11,583 nucleotides of DNA, from contig JBHLLG010000091.1 of NCBI GenBank assembly GCA_048885925.1, positions 1 to 11,583 of the forward strand, given 5' to 3'. The stretch is from Candidatus Hermodarchaeota archaeon. Its GTDB lineage: Archaea; Asgardarchaeota; Lokiarchaeia; Sigyniarchaeales; SOKP01. Below are positions 7,157 to 11,583 of this stretch, piece after piece. The position numbers and the translations under genes were made by a program. The notes beneath the pieces are model-generated. The model did not search any database. It was not told where the DNA came from and saw nothing but the letters and a program-made list of their open reading frames with translations. Within the stretch, counting starts at the first letter, position 1, and each line of letters starts with the position of its first letter.

Positions 7157-7708
7157 ATGTATAGCAAACAAAAAGATAATAAATCAAAGCTTGCTTTTAA
7201 ATTATGTATTTTTGGATCGGGAGGTGTGGGGAAGACAACACTGATACGAAGGTTTGTAACAAAAGTATTTGAGAAAAATATTAAAATGACAATAGGAGCA
7301 GATTTTAGTATTAAAAATGTTGAAGTTGATGGAAAAACAGTAACGCTCCGCATATGGGATTTTGCTGGTGAAGATCGTTTTCGAGTATTGTTACCTAGTT
7401 TTGCTAAAGGTGCGGATGGGGGTATTTTCATGTTCGATATAACGAGATATTCAAGTGTTAAAGATATTGGTGATTGGTTATCAATATTTAAATACATTGT
7501 ATCTGATTCAGAAGTGAAAATACCAATACTAATGGTTGGAGGAAAATCAGATTTAGCTGAAAGAAGATCAGTTGAAACTGAAGAAGCAATAGAAATAGTA
7601 CAGACTCATCATTTACAAGGCTATTTTGAATGTTCTTCTAAAACAGGAGACAATGTTGAACAAGTTTTTGAATTTATAGCAAAAAAAATGATTGATTCTA
7701 CAACATAA
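7157..7708 (+). CDS. Rab-like small GTPase (Ras superfamily)
   Basis: G1 GSGGVGKT, G2 MTIGADF, G3 WDFAGE, variant G4 GKSD, G5 ECSSK; no C-terminal prenylation cysteines. Confidence 0.93.
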   Translation: MYSKQKDNKSKLAFKLCIFGSGGVGKTTLIRRFVTKVFEKNIKMTIGADFSIKNVEVDGKTVTLRIWDFAGEDRFRVLLPSFAKGADGGIFMFDITRYSSVKDIGDWLSIFKYIVSDSEVKIPILMVGGKSDLAERRSVETEEAIEIVQTHHLQGYFECSSKTGDNVEQVFEFIAKKMIDSTT

Positions 7709-7787
7709 ATTAATTTTTACGTAAAAACAGGACAAAAATAATTTATTTTAATTAAACTAGGTTGAAAGAGTTTATATTTCTATATAA

Positions 7788-8318
7788 TTAAGTTCTTTTA
7801 ATTACCCTTACCAAGCCTTTTTCTCTAAGTTCTTCCATCATATTTTCTATTTCTTCAACGCTTTTTTGAGTGATTTGAGCTACTTTTTCAATGGTGTTCA
7901 TTCCGTCGCAAACTTTCAAGATGACGAATTGGTCTTTTGTAAGCATTCCAAATTGTACTGCCATAGGAGGAATATCTTTGACAATTATCGGAATTCTAAC
8001 TTCACCACCTTCTTTAACAACTCCTGCTCCAATCTCTTCAGTAGTTGGAGAACTACCAAAAAAACTCTTTACACCAGTAACATCAAAATTATCATTTATA
8101 TAAACGTATATCGTATGTTCTTGTACCGAACGATCATCAGGATCTTCTAAATCAGGATACTGGTTAGAATGTTTGTATTCTTTAGTATAAATACCCATTT
8201 TGAGACTATTGATAATTTCATTCTTATCTATAACGAGTGAGACCATATCTTCGCAAATATCGCACCAAGCCCATGCTTCTATTAATGAGAAATACTTTTT
8301 TACTTTATTTTCTGGCAT
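7788..8318 (-). CDS. Hypothetical protein with an N-terminal putative Zn-binding domain and a C-terminal winged helix-turn-helix
   Basis: WCDIC, later YKH and EHTIYVY; the C-terminus LKVCDGMNTIEKVAQITQKSVEEIENMMEELREKGLVRV fits a wHTH pattern. Confidence 0.75.
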   Translation of the reverse strand: MPENKVKKYFSLIEAWAWCDICEDMVSLVIDKNEIINSLKMGIYTKEYKHSNQYPDLEDPDDRSVQEHTIYVYINDNFDVTGVKSFFGSSPTTEEIGAGVVKEGGEVRIPIIVKDIPPMAVQFGMLTKDQFVILKVCDGMNTIEKVAQITQKSVEEIENMMEELREKGLVRVIKRT

Positions 8319-8563
8319 TGTGGTTTTCTTAAAATGTGAATTTATTTTTTTTGAACATCTATATGCACATTAAAATGTTTATCAATTTAAAATTTAATTT
8401 ACATGTTTTTATAGATTATTTTTATCTAACTTAAAAAACAACATTAAATCGTTCAAAACAATATATCTTTGGTCTATTAACTTCGATTTTAAAAACCAAA
8501 AATAATTAAAGTTATAAGATATTTTAAAATCTAAGTTCTTTTAAAGTAATAATTGAATAGTTT

Positions 8564-8740
8564 ATGAGTACTTTTAAAAAGAATATCTGTTTTAGCTGTG
8601 GAAAACCAATAGCTCCCTATGAAGCTGCAGTTCACTTTCCTTGTCCTTCCTGTGGAGATGTGACAATTTGGCGATGTGAACGATGTAGAGTAATGGGGAA
8701 AGAATATTTATGTTTAAAATGTGAATTCAAGGGACCTTAA
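8564..8740 (+). CDS. 58-aa HVO_2753/DUF1610-type double zinc-finger protein (not in the ORF track)
   Basis: Manual translation: MSTFKKNICFSCGKPIAPYEAAVHFPCPSCGDVTIWRCERCRVMGKEYLCLKCEFKGP*. It has four CxxC motifs and a terminal FxGP, and sits in the conserved archaeal position directly upstream of EF-1beta. Confidence 0.93.
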   Translation: MSTFKKNICFSCGKPIAPYEAAVHFPCPSCGDVTIWRCERCRVMGKEYLCLKCEFKGP

Positions 8741-8784
8741 TTTTTCCTAGTCCTTTAAAAAAATAATAAAAAAGGTGAAGTGAA

Positions 8785-9051
8785 ATAGGAGAATTTGTTG
8801 GGTTAATTGATGTTGTTCCTGAGTTAATGGATGTTAACTTTGAGGAATTTGTAGATAAATTGAAATCTGTGCTGCCTAGTAGTTGCACGATAGAAACTTA
8901 TGAGATAATACCTGTAGCTTTTGGTTTGAAAAAAGCTAGAGTACGAGTGAGGTACCCCGAAGAATGGGGCGGTACAGATAAACTTGAGGAATTATTTAGT
9001 AAAGTTGATGGAATACAGGGTATTGAAGGAATAGCTTTTTCTAAAGCTTAA
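8785..9051 (+). CDS. ef1b: Archaeal translation elongation factor 1-beta, 88 aa, with apparent ATA start
   Basis: Signature PVAFGLK and GGTDKLEE. The frame extends 14 codons upstream of ATG 8827 as ATA-GEFVGLIDVVPEL, matching the family's N-terminal strand. SD GGTGA at 8774-8778; in-frame TGA at 8776. Confidence 0.9.
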   Translation: MGEFVGLIDVVPELMDVNFEEFVDKLKSVLPSSCTIETYEIIPVAFGLKKARVRVRYPEEWGGTDKLEELFSKVDGIQGIEGIAFSKA

Positions 9052-9095
9052 ATAATAAGCTTTATTTTTGTATAAAGTTATAGAAATTCGAAAAT

Positions 9096-9659
9096 TTATC
9101 TCAATTTTAAAAATTTTTGGATTTCATCAAGAGTAGAATCAATGTTGTCTTCTTTTGTTTGATCGTCCATGTGCTTTTCACTTTCTTTAATATCTGATGA
9201 TTTATATCTAATCCATTCCTTATTATCCCTTACAATGAGTTCTTGAATTATTGGGATCGACTCAAAATCTGGAAAATCTTTATAATTTTTTTTAAAATCC
9301 ACAAATATTTCATGAGTTCTTTCAATTTTATTTGCTCTAATTAGTATTTCATATATTTTTTGTATTCCAGTAGCAACATTTTTAATTTCTGAAATTACAT
9401 ATTCTTTTTAAAAGTTATCAGCTATAATATTTACAAATTTCTCTTGTTCTTTAATATGAAACTTCGCATCCCCCTAAATTGCTAATCTAATTATTTCTTC
9501 GGAACAATTAATGGCTTCTTGATATTTTCCACTTAAATAGCAGTTTTGAGCTATTTTTTTTAATTCATCAATTTTAGAAGCTAATTCAAATCTATTATCA
9601 ATCTGAGGAGTATAAATTTCTTTTTCAGCAGTTTCACTTTTTTTATCCTTTTTCCTCAA
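9096..9659 (-). pseudogene. 187-codon helical (TPR/MIT-like) gene interrupted by in-frame TAG and TAA
   Basis: Track ORFs 9474-9659 and 9096-9302 are in the same frame. The joining sequence translates IRLAI*GDAKFHIKEQEKFVNIIADNF*KEYVISEIKNVATGIQKIYEILIRANKIERTHEIFVDFKK, with stops at 9474-9476 and 9408-9410. Confidence 0.8.
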
Positions 9660-9729
9660 ATCACATCACTTATAGAATTTTTCTTTTCTTAGGATAATAA
9701 TAGAGAAAAAATTCAATTATATTAATTTT

Positions 9730-11583
9730 TCAGGTAATTCTTTTAAATAATTTATCTAATTCTTTATATGAAAAAAATCTTAAAGTAGGTCTTCCATGTG
9801 CACAATGATAAGAATCTTTACAATTTCCTAATTCAATTAATAAATTCCGTATATCCTTTAAAGATAGATCATCGCCTCCTCGAATACTTTTATGACATGA
9901 TAAATAATTAATTATTTCTTCTTTAACCTCTGAAAAACTCTTATCCTTCCCAATCTCAGTAATATCACTTATTATTTCTTTAATTAAATTAACGTTTGGG
10001 ACTTTATCCATAATAGTTGGAATTTCTCTTAATATGAAAGTATTGGCGCCAAAAAAATCAAAATCAAAACCTAATTTTTGAATCTCTTTTAAATTAGTCT
10101 CTAAAAACAGTTTTTCACTTGGAGATACATCTATTTTCAAAGGTGAAATTAATTTTTGGATACTCATTTTGGCAATATCATAGGCTTTTAAGAATTTTTC
10201 TTTATTAATACGCTCTGATGCTGCATGTTGATCTAAAATAAATAATCCTTCCTCTCCATCTTCATTACTACCTTCTAAAACAATATACCGCTTATTATTT
10301 AATTGACCTGTATATGAAATTAAATGCAATTTCGGGAAATTTTTAGAAATAATATATTTATCCCGTAAATAAGTATCAGGGAGTTTATTTTTAACTAATT
10401 TATCTTCAACAATCTGATCAGTTAAGTTTAATTGAACTTTTTCTTCAAATTTCATTAGCTTATTATCTGATAGTTCTTCATACTCAACTTGATTTTGTGG
10501 AATATCTTCAGTTGATTTAGAAATTAAGGAAAATTTTTTCTCCTCTTTCGGTACAAAATCTTCCAATTCAGTAGATATGTATTTAGCTTCCTTAATTATA
10601 AATTTTTCTTCTACAAAGCCTCGAATAACGTTGTAAACTTTATTATATAGAGATTCTTCTCTTTCAAATCTAACATGAAGTTTCTGGGGATGAACATTGA
10701 AGTCAATAATTGAAGGATCAAGCTCTAAAAATATAATAAAAAACGGATATTTACTTACCATTACAACTCCTTGATATGCTTCATTAATAGCTCTAAAAAG
10801 TGTATCACTAACAACAAAACGGTGATTAATGAATATACTCGAATAAACTCTATTTTTTTTAGCAATTTCAGGATGTCCCAATACACCACTAATCCGAAAA
10901 TTAGTATCTCCTTCACGATAATCAATATATTCCATAAACTTCGCAATTTTTTTCCCATAGATATGAAATACTGTTGTTTTTAAATCATTTAACGCTGGAC
11001 AATTGAGCATATCTAAATCGTTATGACGATAAATAAAATGAAGTTCTGGATGAGCTAAAGAATATCTCTGTATGATATCTGTTATATGTCCTAATTCTGT
11101 AGCATCTTTTTTTAGAAATTTCTGTCTTGCTGGAAGATTATAAAATAAGTTTTGAACCTTGATATTTGTACCAATAGGGCAAGAAATTTCCTTTTTATTT
11201 ACTATTTTACCTCCCTCAATAGATAATTCAATACCTTTCTCTTCATATTTACTCCTAGAGGTAATTTCAACTTTACTCACAGCTGCAATACTTGCAAGTG
11301 CTTCACCTCTAAAGCCCAATGTAGATAAATATTCTAAATCTTCAATACTTCTAATTTTACTGCTTGTATATCTCTCAAAAGCTATTTCAATATCCTCAGA
11401 TGGGATTCCAATTCCATTATCTATTATCTGAATTAACGATTTACCTGCTTTTTTTACAATAATTCTTATTTCCGATGCACTGGCATCTATACTGTTCTCA
11501 ATAAGCTCCTTTACAACATTAGCGGGTCTATCAACAACTTCTCCCGCAGCAATTTTTTCAGCATCAATAATTTTTTTAATTCT
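9730..11583 (-). CDS. mutL: DNA mismatch repair endonuclease MutL; start lies just beyond the window
   Basis: The frame is open to 11583: RIKKIIDAEKIAAGEVVDRPANVVKELIENSIDA...DNGIGI...TLGFRGEALASI. Also DFNVHPQK, endonuclease motif DQHAASERINKE (10198-10233), SCH, CAHGRP and FKR. Confidence 0.97.
   Translation of the reverse strand, partial: RIKKIIDAEKIAAGEVVDRPANVVKELIENSIDASASEIRIIVKKAGKSLIQIIDNGIGIPSEDIEIAFERYTSSKIRSIEDLEYLSTLGFRGEALASIAAVSKVEITSRSKYEEKGIELSIEGGKIVNKKEISCPIGTNIKVQNLFYNLPARQKFLKKDATELGHITDIIQRYSLAHPELHFIYRHNDLDMLNCPALNDLKTTVFHIYGKKIAKFMEYIDYREGDTNFRISGVLGHPEIAKKNRVYSSIFINHRFVVSDTLFRAINEAYQGVVMVSKYPFFIIFLELDPSIIDFNVHPQKLHVRFEREESLYNKVYNVIRGFVEEKFIIKEAKYISTELEDFVPKEEKKFSLISKSTEDIPQNQVEYEELSDNKLMKFEEKVQLNLTDQIVEDKLVKNKLPDTYLRDKYIISKNFPKLHLISYTGQLNNKRYIVLEGSNEDGEEGLFILDQHAASERINKEKFLKAYDIAKMSIQKLISPLKIDVSPSEKLFLETNLKEIQKLGFDFDFFGANTFILREIPTIMDKVPNVNLIKEIISDITEIGKDKSFSEVKEEIINYLSCHKSIRGGDDLSLKDIRNLLIELGNCKDSYHCAHGRPTLRFFSYKELDKLFKRIT

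Noticed and set aside
9408-9476. Genome-wide TAA/TAG reassignment
   Set aside because: lpdA, ef1b, the Zn finger and the GTPase end at TAA at their expected C-termini.
373-11431. Shadow ORFs 373-579, 1975-2184, 3001-3198, 6281-6520, 7111-7497, 7866-8150, 7891-8103, 10761-10958, 10771-10983 and 11159-11431
   Set aside because: They are antisense or alternate-frame overlaps of well-supported genes and show no recognisable motifs.
11356-11499. MutL inactivation from ERYTSSK and ENSIDAS variants
   Set aside because: Aromatic and non-Gly residues occur at these positions in functional MutL homologues, and the core ATPase and nuclease motifs are intact.

Overview
AT-rich archaeal chromosomal window, most consistent with an Asgard archaeon (Lokiarchaeia-like). 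The evidence is a roadblock + Ras/Rab GTPase fusion, a second Rab-like GTPase, the archaeal Zn-finger/EF-1beta gene pair and GGTGA-type ribosome-binding sites; the taxonomy is inferred from gene content only. Gene order: 5'-truncated single-pass receptor-like surface protein (+), roadblock-GTPase (-), secreted Ig-like protein (-), a 76-nt hairpin, 92-aa hypothetical (-), lpdA (-), Rab-like GTPase (+), Zn/wHTH protein (-), HVO_2753-type Zn finger (+, missed by the ORF track), EF-1beta (+, apparent ATA start), a 187-codon gene broken by two in-frame stops (-) and mutL (-, runs off the window end). The best candidate for an undescribed system lies at 4437-5163. A stable hairpin downstream of the 92-aa gene carries a 12-nt exact antisense copy of that gene's own ribosome-binding site, mostly in its loop. 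The gene's promoter region has a TTGATC array, long-range inverted repeats and a lone CRISPR-repeat-like unit. A second oddity is three reading-frame anomalies within about 700 bp, each explainable by a single G>A change on the + strand.
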